A stretch of DNA of 64,000 nt from Octopus sinensis (Eukaryota), in NCBI RefSeq assembly GCF_006345805.1, contig NC_043005.1:45694001-45758000 (forward strand). The letters run 5' to 3'. The notes below the pieces were generated by a model. The model made no database searches. It had not been told where the DNA came from and saw nothing but the letters and a program-made list of their open reading frames with translations. Positions 38,279-52,750 of the stretch are shown piece after piece; within the stretch, counting starts at the first letter, position 1; every line of letters starts with the position of its first letter. A program made the translations under genes and the position numbers.

Positions 38279-38567
38279 GTCAATTCAAAAAACAGAGGAA
38301 AACAAACAAATATGAGGATGTAGCACAAGCAATGTATTAATATGATGCTTGGAGAAAGAAGAGAGTTGTTGTTTTATGTTTTGAGCATAGTTCTTTGTTG
38401 GAAACCGGAAAAACAGAAAAGTCCAAAGGGAAAGAAGGAACGGGGAAAATTTGCCAACAGTCCATGTGCGGTTACATTTCTGAAGTGATCGGAAGTTGGA
38501 GGAAGAGAAAGTGCTTTCGCGGACAGGAGTGTGTGAAGATGGTTGGTATGTGTGTGTGTGTGTGTGG

Positions 38568-38758
38568 TACTCTTTACTCTTTTACTTGTTTCAGTCATTT
38601 GACTGCGGCCATGCTGGAGCACCACCTTTAGTCGAGCAAATCGACCCCAGGACTTATTCTTTGTAGCCTAGTACTTATTCTATTGGTCTCTTTTGCCGAA
38701 CCGCTAAGTTACGGGGACGTAAACACACCAGCATAGGTTGTCAAGTGATGGGGGGGGG

Positions 38759-38795
<37 letters not shown>

Positions 38796-38967
38796 CATTT
38801 ATATGACGGGCTTTATTCAGTTTCCGTCTACCAAATCCACTCACAAGGCTTTGGTCGGCCCGAGGCTATAGTAGAAGACACTTGCCCAAGGTGCCACACA
38901 GTGGGACTGAACCCGGAACCATGTGGATGGTAAGCAAGCTACTTACCACACAGCCACTCCTGCGCCT
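38568..38967 (-). mobile_element. Young full-length family-A SINE
   Basis: Closely colinear with 244-663; CpGs retained. Confidence 0.92.
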
Positions 38968-39755
38968 ATAGTGTGTGTTTACACACACACACCTCATTTA
39001 TGTACGCACTCATACACACACACATTCACACACAACAAGCTTCTTTTGGTTTCTATCTTCCACATTCACTCACCAGTCTTTGGTAGGCCCAAGGTGCTAT
39101 GCAATGGGGTTGAACTTAAAATCCTTTTTATTTAGAAAGTAAACTTCTTAACCACACAACCATATATATGTGTGTGTTTGTGTGTAATAGGTGCAGGAAA
39201 TTGTATAGAAGCCTATCAAATGAACTGTATGAGTAATCGAAATGATAGTCTCTTCACACACTTGGCCACCCTGATTCTACTGAGTATTATGTTAAGGGTA
39301 CATGCATCTGTGTCTGTAGGATGCTCTGCCGCTTACATGTTAATTCAAAAGCATCATATCTGGTTGATTGAACAACTGAATCCTCATCCATCAAACAACG
39401 AAGATCCACCACCTTATATGTTTGTGTGCGTGTATATTTATATCTTTTATCTTGGATTTGTTTCAGTCTTTAGACTGTGGCCATACTGGGGCACCACCTT
39501 GAACATTTTGTCAAATGAATCAACTTCAGTACTTGATTTTTTTAAAACCCTGTACTTACTCTATCAGTCTCTTTTACCAAACCAGTTATGGGGAGGTAAA
39601 CACAACCATTAGGTGTCAAGTGGCTATGGGGGACAGACATACAAACACACACAAATGGGCTTCCTACAGTTTCTGTCAACCATGTTGGATACATACACAC
39701 ACACACACACCACACACACACACATATATATATATACACACACACACACACAGTA

Positions 39756-39791
<36 letters not shown>

Positions 39792-40247
39792 CCAACAATT
39801 TACTTTATCAGCCATTTAATTTACCTTATAAACCCTTTTCTTTCATGCTGGTATGGATAGAATGAGATGTTATTTCTTTTCAAATCATTCCTTTTGTATG
39901 TTGAATCTTCTCCCTTATGCATTATTTTCCATTTGTTTCACTCTGTTCATTGATTTCTTTGAACTTGGTAAAGTGCCAATTTTTGCAGTGGAAGAGATAC
40001 AGCCAGTAGATCCAAACCCCAGTGTATTACTGCAATATATTTTATTACCCACATTGGAATATAAATCTAGTTAGACTGCCATTGCATTTGAAATCAGACA
40101 GGCATTTTTAATCTAGTACATTTTTTTTCAGTTTGCCAGCTTGCTGTCATATGCTACAGAAAATATTACATAAATTTTCCTAAAATAGAAAACTAGTTTT
40201 TTTCTTCCTTCTGTATTTTAGGCTAGCTTTTGTGTGTGGGTCTTTCT

Positions 40248-40381
<134 letters not shown>

Positions 40382-42613
40382 GTTCTTCCATATATTTTCA
40401 TTCAGCTAGCTGAATGTACATTAGATTTAGTCCAAAACTTTCATCTGACCACCATCAATCAATGCTTCTTATATGATGTCTAGTTAATTTCTGTGACTCA
40501 TACAGCAGAAATGAAATTTCTTGCAGTATTATCCGGTATCTTTTAGTAATGTTGGTGTTTAAATCATTTCTTGGTACCAAGCCAAAAACTTGTGCAAAGG
40601 ATATTCAGAGTTTCTTCTGAATAAGAAAGTAATTAATAAAAGGGTCTTTTTTTTAAAATAAATTATAGCCATGTTCATATTTAGAATTTAATAAAATTAA
40701 CGAAGAAAAATAAATTAGACAAAGCAGTTACTATGTTCTTTCCATTCTTAAAACCAAGGAAACATTCTGTTTATTTGTTTAGTGTTTTGAAGCAAAACTT
40801 CTCACATGAATGTTTCTTAACCCTTCAGTATTCAGATTTCTTTGTCAGCTGTAATGCTTTATTTATTCATGTTGTTTTGAATTAATCATGCTTTATCTTG
40901 TAGCACTGAGATTTTGATGATGTGCTTCTTTGTTTCTAGAATTGTCTGAAGTTGGATCTGACCAGTTTGAACATAAAATGGGCAGAATATTTGGGCCGGA
41001 TATGGTCAGTTTAAATGCTAAAGAATTAAACCCTTGTATCTATTCTGTGTCCCTTTAACAATAATATCCTTTAATCATCTGAGCACTGGACAAAATGTCT
41101 ACTGAAATTTTTTTCCATCTCTATGTTCTGAGTTCAAATTCTCCCTAAGGTCCACTTTGCTTTCATCCTTTCAGATTTGGTAAAATAAGTTCAAGTTGAA
41201 AACTGGGATCCATGTAATCAACTTATCCTCCCACTAAAATTGCTGGCTACTTGTGCCAAAATTTGGACAATATATTAACAGTTAGGAGGGGTTGCCCTTT
41301 CTATCACTAACAATTGAGTTAGAAACACACGTGGTCTGTTTTTTTTTTTTTTTACAGCTAGACTGGCTGATTTAAACAGAATTATTAGCTTTGCACAAGA
41401 GTAACACAAAAGGGTAACATGAAGTTTTATTTTTACTATATAGTCAAGAGCTTAGCACTTGCTGAGCCACTACAGTAACCTGCTGGAAATAGCAGCTAAA
41501 TCTCCCTTAAATTACTTTCTACTGTCTTTAAGAAGAAAGAGCACAATGAATTCTAGAGATATGCTTAAATAAAAGAGAAATCTAGAACATCTTTGACTAT
41601 TGATTGGTTGGACAGGACTTTTAACAGTCCAACATCATCATTTAACATCTGTTTTCCATGCTGGCATGGGTTGGACAGTTTGACTGAAAACTGGTAAGCT
41701 GTGGAGCTGCACCAGGTTTCAGTCTGATTTGGCATGGTTTCTACAACTGGATGCCCTTCCTAATGCCAACCACTCAAAGTACCCTCTTACTTGTTACTTA
41801 TATTACAGTAAATTTCTTTTGTTTGACTAATATATGACCAAACCTGGAACCATGTGCAAATTTATTGACCAAAGTATGTGATTAGTCATCAAAATCAAGT
41901 CATTGCTCTGTAAAGAGTGCTCTAAAAAGGAAGTCGATAATTTATCTAAAGCTAAATTGATCTACTAAAAACAATTACTAGGTATTACTTGCAATTTAAG
42001 GTAGTAAACACACCTATGTACAACCGTTTTATTTGCTAGAAATCGCTGCCACATCTTCCATAAATTACATCTCACTGTCTTCAAAAGAAGGCATTCAATA
42101 ATTTAGCCTAATAAAAAAAAGACTGTTTTTTTTTCTGTTTTTATTATAAAATCTGTTCATTCAGGACTAATCTGGGGTGAAGCAAAAACAAAAAATTCTT
42201 TGCAGAATTGTGGCAAAGTCTTTGGTTCTAATGCATAGAGGTTACTTATTGAATCTAGATAACTTGTTTGTGATAAGCTATTTTCCTGTCTGGTGTCTGA
42301 GTAATGTTTTCTGATAATACCTCTTTTTCTTAGTCTGTTGTCTCTTAATAATTGATGTATAGTGTTGTTCCACTATCATCTTGCCTTTTACATAGATAAA
42401 CCTCTCCTTAAATTGTATTTTGCAATTAGTTGTTTCTTCTGTTTGTTGAATTGTGTTTCGCACGAGATTTCTATTTCTCTCTATTAGGTTTCAAAGACGT
42501 TAACATGGTTTTTGTTGAAGCTGCCCTTACTGATGCAGCTTTTAACTTCATTGCATTCCTCTTGGCTAAAAGTTTTCTTACAAATGGCTTTTCTTTTCTT
42601 TTTCTTTTGCCTC

Positions 42614-43211
<598 letters not shown>

Positions 43212-45209
43212 ATATATACACACAGACACAATGGACTTCTTTCAGTTTCTATCTACCAAATCTACTCACAAGGCTTCGGTTGACCTGACGCTTTGGTAGA
43301 AGACACTTGCCTAAGGTGTCATGCAGTGGGACAGAACCCAAAACCATGTGGTTTAGAAGCAGGGTTCTTACCTCACAGCCATGCCTGACAGAATATAAAT
43401 GACTTGTCAAAATATAAATTAATGTAAAGTCTAGCCCAATCTGATTGGCTTTATCTTTTTTTTTTCTTTTTGTTTCACAAAGGTCAAGGCTTTCATGCTC
43501 AAAAGTTTGTTTCCTGACATGACTGTTGAAGTTACAATTACAACTGCTTCAGCTGTCTTGAAGTTTGTTTTCATTAGAACTGGTTGTTCTGTTCATCTGC
43601 TAATCCTTTTATTCTCACCGCTACCAACTGCCATCTTAGACAGTATGTTTTCTAACCACTGGTTTCTAGCTCCACCCCTTCACTAATTTTATTCCTAGAC
43701 TTTGCTTTTATATCTCTGCCAATACACAAACCATTGCACATGTCTGGTTATATATATATACACACATACACACCCTTCTTCACTTTATAGCTTACATATA
43801 GCACATGCAGAGTCACTTATAATGTAATGTCTTTTGTTTTTTTAATTGTTTCAGTCATTAGACTGCGGCCATGCTGGGGCACTGCCTTGAATTTTTAGTT
43901 GAATAAATTAACCCCAGTGCTTCTTTTTTAAGCCTGGTACCCATTCTATTGTTCTCCTTTGCCGAATCTCCAAGTTACGGGGATGCAAATACACCAACAC
44001 CGGTTGTCAAGCAGTGGTGGAGAAACAAGCACAGACACAAAGACATGCACACGCACACACAACAGGCTTCTTTCAGTTTCTCTCTACCAAATCCACTCAG
44101 AAGGCTTTGGTTGGCCTGAGGCTATTGTAGAACACTTGCTTGAGGTGTCACACTGTGGGACTGAATTTGGAAATATGCCTGTTTACTTTAAGCTCTAAAT
44201 CTTTCATTGTACTTAGATTAAAAGTAGTTATCTTTGAAAATACAATGAAAAGAAAAAGAAGAAAAAACAATGTACTCTAATGTACCCCTCCTATGTTACT
44301 GTCATAGCCAGCTATATTTGAAAATGTGTGCATTGTATTCTGCTCCTCAGTAAGGTATATTGCTTAATTTACTTGCCTGATGTAGGAATAAACAAAGAGA
44401 GAGAGAGGGGGTGGTGGAGAGAGCAACACATGCTAATTTAACCAGTTAAGTAGTTAGCCATAGGAGCCAGTGGATATATTTGTGCAGTCAGGTTAAATGC
44501 ATGCTAATTAGCCATATGTATCTACTCATGACCCCTTTTTAATTAGCTTCATGCATATTAACAGAAGCTGACGTTTTTTTTAATGGCTAATTATATCTTA
44601 ACTACTGAATATTTATTTTGTATTCACTATCCAAAATTGTTTTCGACATACTGGTCCATTGTCTCTCAAGAAATAGTTTGCGAAATGAGCATTGTAATCT
44701 CTCTCTCTCTCTCTCTCATGTACTTTTACATCACTACATATTCAGTATTCATGTCATACCTGTGTGGTAAGAAGGTTGCTTCTCAACCACATGGTTCCAG
44801 CTTCAGTTCCACTCATGGCACCTTGGGTAAATGTCTCCTGATATAGCCCATGGCTGACCAAATCCTTGTGAGTGGATTTCGTAGGCAGAAACTGAAAGAA
44901 GCCCTTTGTGTGTGTGTGTGTGTGTATGTTTCTCCCCCATATCGCTTGATGACTAGTGTTGGTGTGTTTACATCCCTGTAACTTCGCAGTTCAGCAAATG
45001 AGTTTAATAGAATAAGTACCAGGTTTTTAAAAAAAGTATTGGGGTCAATTCATTCAACTAAAATTCTTTGAGGCGATGCCCCAGCATGGCCACTGTCTAA
45101 TAACTGAAACAAGTAAAACATATAAAATGAAAGACATTGTTAATTAGAAAAAAAAATTTTTGCTAATCCTCTTACGATACTCTTAACTAATTAAGGATGT
45201 AAAGTTTAA

Positions 45210-45552
45210 TTATAATGCTTCTTTAGATATATTTAATTGAACCCTTGTTAGAGATTTGTTTGTGCAGGCTAGTTGCATTGCTTGCATACAATCAACCACG
45301 AGAAACATATTCTTGTGTATAAACTTTAATACATTGGTAATAGCAGAACAAAGCCTGAAGAGAAACCAGTCTCTTGAATTGAAACGGCAGATCTGTTGGA
45401 AGCTTGTTCAGCTTGTTTTCGGGTTTCTTCCTATTGTCATTCTTGCGTTAAGGAACGGTCCATTCTTCCCTTGTGTGTTTCACGAGACACTGCTGTCCCA
45501 ATACCGTTCTTGACTGAAATTTTTCTACTTCTCTTCTTAGACATCAAATATT
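45210..45552 (-). mobile_element. Collapsed Helitron RepHel relic (PIF1-type helicase C-terminus)
   Basis: Minus strand reads PTDLPFQFKRL/(frameshift)F.FRLCSAIT, then a degenerate CFSHGQLY motif and NISKEAL*. A basic MSKKRSRK start lies ~140 nt upstream. Confidence 0.7.
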
Positions 45553-45998
45553 AGGAAGCATTTAACATGTTGGAAATTTTACTTGTCTATTAGGTAACAG
45601 TTGTGTGGTTGAATGAAAAGAAAATAGATTCCATGCTGTGCTTCAGATTTGTTAATACTGTCCACCCTTTTAGCATTCAGATCACTGTACCAAATGTAAT
45701 GATTATTCACATTATTTTGAATTAATCATGCATTATCTTGTAACTTTGAAATTACAATAGTATGATTGTTTAGTTTTAGAATGACATCTTAAGATAGGTG
45801 TGAGAGGCTGGATTTGGCTGTTTTAAATATAAAACAGGTAGAATATTTGAGCTGGATATGGCCAGTTTGAATATTGGTAAAGTGAATAAGTGCACTTGTA
45901 GTTGTGTGTCTAAGAATATTGCTTCACAACCATGTGTTTCCTAGTTTGGTGCCAGTGCAAGATACCTTCAACTGTGTGGTAAGAAGTTTGCTTTCCAA

Positions 45999-46230
45999 AA
46001 GGCGGTGAGCTGGCAGAAACATTAACACACTGGGTGAAATGCTTAGTGGTATTTCATCTGCCGCTACTTTCTGAGTTCAAATTCCACCAAGGTCGACTTT
46101 GCCGTTCATCCTTTTGGGGTTGATAAATTAAATACCAGTTATGCACTGGGGTCGATGTAATCGACTTAATCCCCTTGTCTGTCCTTGTTTGTCTCCTCTA
46201 TGTTTAGCCCCTTGTGGGCAATAAAGAAAT
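45999..46230 (+). mobile_element. Family-B SINE nested in the head of a family-A SINE (45972-46590)
   Basis: GGCGGTGAGCTGGCAGAA..GAGTTCAAATTCC. TSD AAGTTTGCTTTCCAA at 45984-45998 and 46231-46245. Confidence 0.92.
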
Positions 46231-46682
46231 AAGTTTGCTTTCCAACCACATGGTTCTAGGTTCAGTTCCACTGTATGACACTTTGGGCAAGCATCTACTA
46301 TAGACCCAGGCTGACCAAAATCTTGTGAGTGGATTTGGTTGACAGAAACTGAAAGAAGCCCATCATATATGTGTGTGTGTTTGTGTATGTTGCCCACCAC
46401 CACTTGACAACCAAGTGGTTGGTTTGTTAACATCCCTGTAACTTAGTGGCTCAGCAAAAAAATACTGAGAGAATGAGAACTAGGCTTGAAGAAGGGAAAA
46501 AAATGTACTGGGGGTACTTATGTCTGACTAAGCCCTTCAAGGCTATACCCCAGCATACCTGCTGTCCAATGACTAACAAATTATTAATAAATGACATAAA
46601 TTGTATGACAGTCTCTCTCTCTCTCTCACTCACACACACACACACACTCTCTCTCTCTCTCTCTCTCTGTATACATGCATGT

Positions 46683-46980
46683 GAAGGCTTGTGGCTTAGT
46701 GGTTAGGGCATTCAGCTCATGATCGTAAGGTCATGAGTTCAATTCCCAGCGATGTGTTGTGTCCTTGAGCAAGACACTTTATTTCATGTTGCTCCAGTCC
46801 ACTCAGCTGGCAAAAATGAGTAGTACCTGTATTTCAAAGGGCCAGCCTTGTCACACTCTGTGTCATGCTGATTCTCCCTGAGAACTACGTTAAGGGTATA
46901 TGTGTCTGTGGAGTGCTCAGCCCCTTGCACATTAATTTCATGAGCAAGCTGTTCTGTTGATTGTATCAGCTGGGACCCTG
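46683..46980 (+). mobile_element. tRNA-derived SINE family C
   Basis: TGGCTTAGTGG box A, GAGTTCAATTCCC box B, GTGTCCTTGAGCAAGACACTT. Partial relatives at ~39250-39400 and 62950-63070(-). Confidence 0.85.
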
Positions 46981-47728
46981 CTCCTACTATTACTACCTAC
47001 ATGCATGTGTTTTTTATTGACTATTTGGGCAGTATTATTTACATCCAAATAAACATTAGATCTTACAGCTTGGCACTTTGGCATACGAAGACTTGGAAGG
47101 ATATCCATCTGTAGAATATTGCTATAAGTCAGGCCCAATCCATGCCCAGCATGGAAAAAGCATAGGTAAAATCTATAAAAATATGATAAAGGAAATTTAT
47201 TTACTTAAATATTTGTAATATATATCATCACCATCATCATCATTTAGTGTCCGCTTTTTCATACTTGCATGGGTGGGATGGAATTTGAGGTAGATTTTCT
47301 ACAGCTAGAAGCCCTTCTTTAACCCTCACCTGTCTCCATGCAAGGTAATATTTCTCTGCAGCCAGATGTGTTTCTACAGAACATTTGAAATATAGGACAG
47401 TTTGTATGACTAACACACATTTACAAATATCACACATTGTCAAGACAAGGAAACACACATTCTCATATAAATCTCTCTCTTTATATATATGTGTGTGTGA
47501 TATATATGATGAACTTCTTTCAGTTTCTGACTACCATATCCACTCACAAGGCTTTCGTCAAACCAGGGCTATAGCAGATGCCCAAGGTGACATGCATCAG
47601 GACTGAACTTGGAACCATGTAATTGGGAGGTAAACTCCTTACCACTTAACCATACCTAGCCATGCTTGTGCATTTATATATATGGGGTGACTGCACTAAG
47701 CAGTGATGTGTTTAAATTCGAACTTGCT

Positions 47729-47910
47729 TTAGGTATATTTGAGCCTGTAAGAAAGCCATTCACTATATTTTGTCATAGAGAAAATTTCTCGCTTAGGTGA
47801 CGGCACTGCAAACTGACTAGGTGTGTTTACGCCTATCTGTCTACAGTGAGAAATTTTCTCCATGACAAAATACGGTGAATGACTTTCTTATGGGTTTGAA
47901 TATGCCTCAA
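47729..47910. repeat. ~180-bp palindromic element with ~65-bp arms
   Basis: TAAGAAAGCCATTCACTATATTTTGTCATAGAGAAAATTTCTC pairs with GAGAAATTTTCTCCATGACAAAATACGGTGAATGACTTTCTTA. Confidence 0.85.
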
Positions 47911-48309
47911 ACATCTTTGAACTGGTAACAAGTTTTGTATATATTTTATATTGGTTGTTTTATTTTCATCATTGGAATACAACTATGCTGGAGCACTTCC
48001 CTTAGGATGTTTTAATTGATCATATTACTCCTCCAGTACTTATTTTGATCTAATACTAATGTTGTTGCTTTCTATTTGTCAAACTGCTAAATCACAGAAT
48101 ACAACTTGGTACAACATAACACAACACTGGTTTTAATTGGTGTGAATTAATGACATAGACACAGATTATGTATGACAAGCTTTGGCTCAATTTCTCTGTT
48201 AAATTCTTCTTAATCATTGGTCATCTTGAGACTACAGTAGAAAGCACTTGCTTTATGTGTCACCAAATCTGGCACTTTGTGGTTGCGAATTTGAACTTCT
48301 TAGCTATAC

Positions 48310-48695
48310 AGCATCAAGTTGATTACACTGAGCCCAACACTCTACAAGTATTTCTTTTATTGATCCCTGAAAGGATGAAAGGTGAAGTCAACTTTGGCAG
48401 AATTTGAACTCGACGTACAAATTGCCATTAAGTATTTTGCCTAGTGTGCTAAGAATTTTGCCAGCTTACTGCCTTACACTGCAAAATTGGTTTCAAATTT
48501 TGGCACAAGGACAGCAATTTCTGGAGAAGGGCTAAGTCGATTACATCAACCCAGTGCTCAGCTGGTACTCATTTTATTGACCCTGAAATGATGGAAGGTA
48601 AAGCCAACCTTGGTTGAATTTGAACTCAGACAGACGAAATGCCACTGAGTGTTTTGCTCAGCATGCAAACAATTCTGCCAGCTCGCTGCCGCCTT
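48310..48695 (-). mobile_element. Two tandem family-B SINEs
   Basis: Reverse complements of the family-B head and core, twice. Confidence 0.8.
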
Positions 48696-49608
48696 ACACA
48701 TCAATACTTAATATCAAAATATTAAAATCCTAATACTGCATGATTATATTCCAGCTGTGTTTACACCTGATACCGTTCATAACTTGTGTAATAAACAAAC
48801 AAAACACACTTGGCAATATCAGGAAATTCGTTTTCTCAAAGAAAAAGAAAAATTTTGTCTTGACAGAATGTTATGTTCCCCCCACCCTTTCACACTCTCT
48901 ACTATATTTTTGAAACAATGTCTGCCAGACATTTACCCAGTAGTGGCTCTCCTTCGCCTGCTCTTAAAGTTAATAATAACAACAATAATAATAATAACAA
49001 TAATGATATAATTAAACGTTAACTAATTTAAAGTAATCTTTTTTTGGAATCATAGAAAGGCATCAACATTGTTTTTACTGTTTATTTTTAGAGTTTGCTT
49101 TTATTTTAGCTGGATGTGTTTGTAGCTATAGAGCTTATTAAATTGATGTTATGGAAAAAAACCAGCATCAAGCCATATTCCGAAACATTGTTTAATCAAA
49201 TTTTCGTATTTTTCCTCTATATTTATTCAATGCTGTCAATAATTACTCGGAGCATGGGTGTTGGGATTTTGTTCAGTTATGTCAAATGCACCCATTTTAA
49301 GTGGCTGTCATTCTATTTGGTTATTGATTTTCTTTGTTAACATCTTCACAGAAATTAGCTCTGCAATGAAGACACTGTCTACATAAGTTGACTTACATTT
49401 CTGATTATCTAGGGCACTCTGCTGTTCAAACAAGTAGACTTGGATTTTCTAAAGCATAACTCAACTATAAATATCTTTGGGGAGCCTTCGTCTTTGTGTG
49501 TGCGTATGTGTGCATTTATCTTTGCAGTCGTGGTGCATGTGTGTGTGTGTGTGTGAGAGAGAGTTGCATATCCAAATACTCATGTGTGTATGTATTTATG
49601 TATGTATG

Positions 49609-49662
<54 letters not shown>

Positions 49663-50591
49663 TGTTTGTATTTGTATTTTGTTCATTGACATAACAATAT
49701 AAATATATGTTTATACATATTTGTATTTTGTTCATTGACTTTATATATATATATATTCATACACATATATCTACATATGTATATACACATATGTATATGT
49801 CTGTATGGTTCTATGTGTTTGTGTGTGTAATTCTGTTTATATGTATAGATGTACGCGTTGTATAAATTCAGCTACACTTTAATTTGCCTATTCTCACAAG
49901 TGTGATGTAATGGAACTGTAGACAATTTTAATTCTTATATTGTTTTATATATATATATATATATATCTATATATATATATATATATACAGACAGGTACAT
50001 GCACTCATGTATAGAAGTAGAGCTGAAGGAAACTACTTGAGTGCAGTGTTCTGCATTTAAATAGATGTATAATGGGGTCTTACTAATGTAACATTGAGTG
50101 TTATGATAGTGGAGTGAATCTGGTTTTGCAAGCTATTTGGAGTAAGCAACTGATGTGTTGGTCTTATTGGAATGACTTTCTCATATGTATTGTTTATGTA
50201 ACCCCAAAATTTGTCCGCTGATATTTAGTTACCTCCCTTATCTTTGTGTATTGTTTCAACTTTTAATCACCCTTAGATTTTACAGTTCTATATTCAAGAG
50301 ATGAGGAATTATGTACATATTTACATTATTTATCCTTAGATTTTCTTTAATGTTTTCGCATTTAGATTACGCTGTGAAATGTTATGCTTATTTATTCTCA
50401 TTGTTTTGAATTAGTCATGCATTTTCTTGTAGCTTTGAGATTTCGATGGTGTGACTTTATTTTTAGAATGACATTGTAGGGTAGGTGTGAGAAGCCAGAC
50501 ACAGCCCCTCTCACACAGGAAGCATATTTAGGCCAGAAATGACTCGTTTAAATGCAAATGAGTTAATTGTTCAAATGATGTCAGTTTTTCA

Positions 50592-51141
50592 CATGTGGTG
50601 GCTGACCCCTCGTTATCGAGTATGGCCATTGCACAAAGCTTAATCAATGTTGTTATTGTGCAATGCCTGTGCAAGAAAACTTTTTTTAAAGTGAGGAAAG
50701 GCTGTGCACTGAGTCAATCCCACTCACTTAGCCACAGCAGCCATAATCCGAAAAGAACAAGTCAACATCATCGGTAACCACTGAGCCGCAGGTTTTATGT
50801 CGGAGTTATCCCAGTTACCTGAGTTACCTTCTCTTAGAAGGATGCCCTAACAAAAGCTAGGAGCCCTTCACTCCCAATGGTTTAACCGTGCGATCGGGTA
50901 TTCACTACGATTATTTCTATGTCCCCGCGCATGATACAGCCTTAAGACATTTATTTGATGGCCATTGACTCTCAAGAGTTCCTCCGCCCTTTGACGGGTT
51001 TTGTTTTTCATCTCGCAGGGTGTCCAATAAACACCCTCCTCACCAAGCAAGCTTGGTGGGGTTGCCGGTTTAGTCGCCGACGACCCGACCATGCAACAGA
51101 TTGTACTGGGTTACATGTTACCAGTAGCACTCGAAAGTGAC
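50592..51141 (-). mobile_element. Probable bipartite non-autonomous RTE element (5' UTR-like segment plus 3' end, no ORF)
   Basis: Minus-strand end CAATGGCCATACTCGATAACGAGGGGTCAGCCACCACAT parallels the LINE end at 2407-2443. The remainder is CpG-rich and RTE-5'UTR-like. Confidence 0.6.
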
Positions 51142-52029
51142 GTTAAAGATATGTACAGGAGTTGACTAAAATTCTTTAAGATGGTACCCTAGTATGGCTA
51201 CAGTTCAATGACTGAAGCAAGTAAAAGATCAGGCGCTTTGGGTCAGTATACAATAGAAGACTGGCAAAATGAAATCATGACCAGCAAACTGGAAATGTAA
51301 TTTCAAAGTTGTCACTTGACATAAAAGCTGCTTGTGTGGTAAACCTACTCCCCAGCTGCATTCTGTGGTTGAATAAAAGACAACAGACATACTCAACAAA
51401 TTATTTAGTTATAAAATGCAATATTCTATTCCTGATCTCTGTTTTAAATATAGCTTTTACGATTATGGCTTTGCTATTTCACACTGCATAAAAGTTTGAA
51501 ATTGGGTACAACTTATGTGACATCCCCACTATCTCTCTCTCTCTCTCTCTACTCGTGTTTGTGCGAATGTGTTTGTATATTATATATATATTCTAGTCTT
51601 TAATTATTTTTGTTTCCTTTTATTTGTTATGAAAAATAATAGAATACTGAAGAAATTACCAAATATGGCAAACTTCCAAAGATACAATTTCACAAATCTG
51701 TTTAAGCTAGACATGTTAGCTTGGAGAAAGATATATAAAAACTGTAAATAGTTTGATTTCAAAATTGAGTTGTTATAAAACAACCCCCTTTGTCCATCTC
51801 TCACTAAATATGTGTATATTGAATCTCTTACATCTTTTACTTGTTTCAGTCATTTGTCTGCAGCCATACTGGGGCACCAACATGTATTAAAAAATATCAA
51901 TCCCAGATCTTTTTACCTTTTTAATCCTAGTACATATTCATTTAGTCTCTTTTACTGAACTGCTAGTGTGTGTGTGTGTTCCTTTACCTGCACTTCTAGT
52001 AATGTTATTTTCTTCATCACTTGCTCTTT

Positions 52030-52200
52030 CTCTCTGTCCTTCCCTGTACATTGGTCAAACTGTACACCGCATGGCTGACCAGTTTGTGGAGCACTCCCAA
52101 GACATCAGACTCAGCAATGACACCCCCGTCTTGTGCCACTTCCCCTCTTCCAGTCATTCGCTACAACACATGTCTGTGTTTGGACTGTCTCTGCATGGGT
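52030..52200 (+). mobile_element. Penelope-like GIY-YIG endonuclease fragment
   Basis: CPSLYIGQTVHRMADQFVEHSQDIRLSNDTPVLCHF..HSLQHMSVFGL matches the PLE pattern YIG.T.R.L..RF.EH...PV..HF. Confidence 0.8.
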
Positions 52201-52219
52201 CACCCAGACTCCTGGCTTC

Positions 52220-52750
52220 CCACACACCTCCCACATTCAACTTCCCCCCTCCACCTACGCACCTGCATACCTCCTACCTGAGTACCCTCACTACTCACAC
52301 ACTACTATGCAAACACCCATACACACTGTTCAACTCATTACTCACTTCACACACCCACAAACACCTTCCCACTCCACACACACACACCATTATCCATACA
52401 TCCACACATAATCTTCAGTAGCATCACCACACATAACACTATATGAGCAACTACATAAACGGTTTAACTCAGTATACATACCATACACCATGATGCACAC
52501 TCCCATACTCACACAATACATGAACACAGACAATATATACACACACAAGCAACACGCATAAACACATGCAACATGCATAGACAAAGATAACTTTTGCCCA
52601 CAAACATACACAAAACACATGCACACTATTTGGTCACACACATAACATGTGCACACATCACCTGAACAAGCATACATCAACTGCTACACACAACACACGT
52701 ATTAGATTCACCCCCATTCACACATACACACTCGCACACACCACGCTTGT
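52220..52750. repeat. Degenerate CA-rich low-complexity tract
   Basis: Seen directly. Confidence 0.85.

Noticed and set aside
43483-43645. Open phase-0 frame between an acceptor and GTATGT
   Set aside because: The hydrophobic peptide is typical of T-rich non-coding DNA; no supporting motif.
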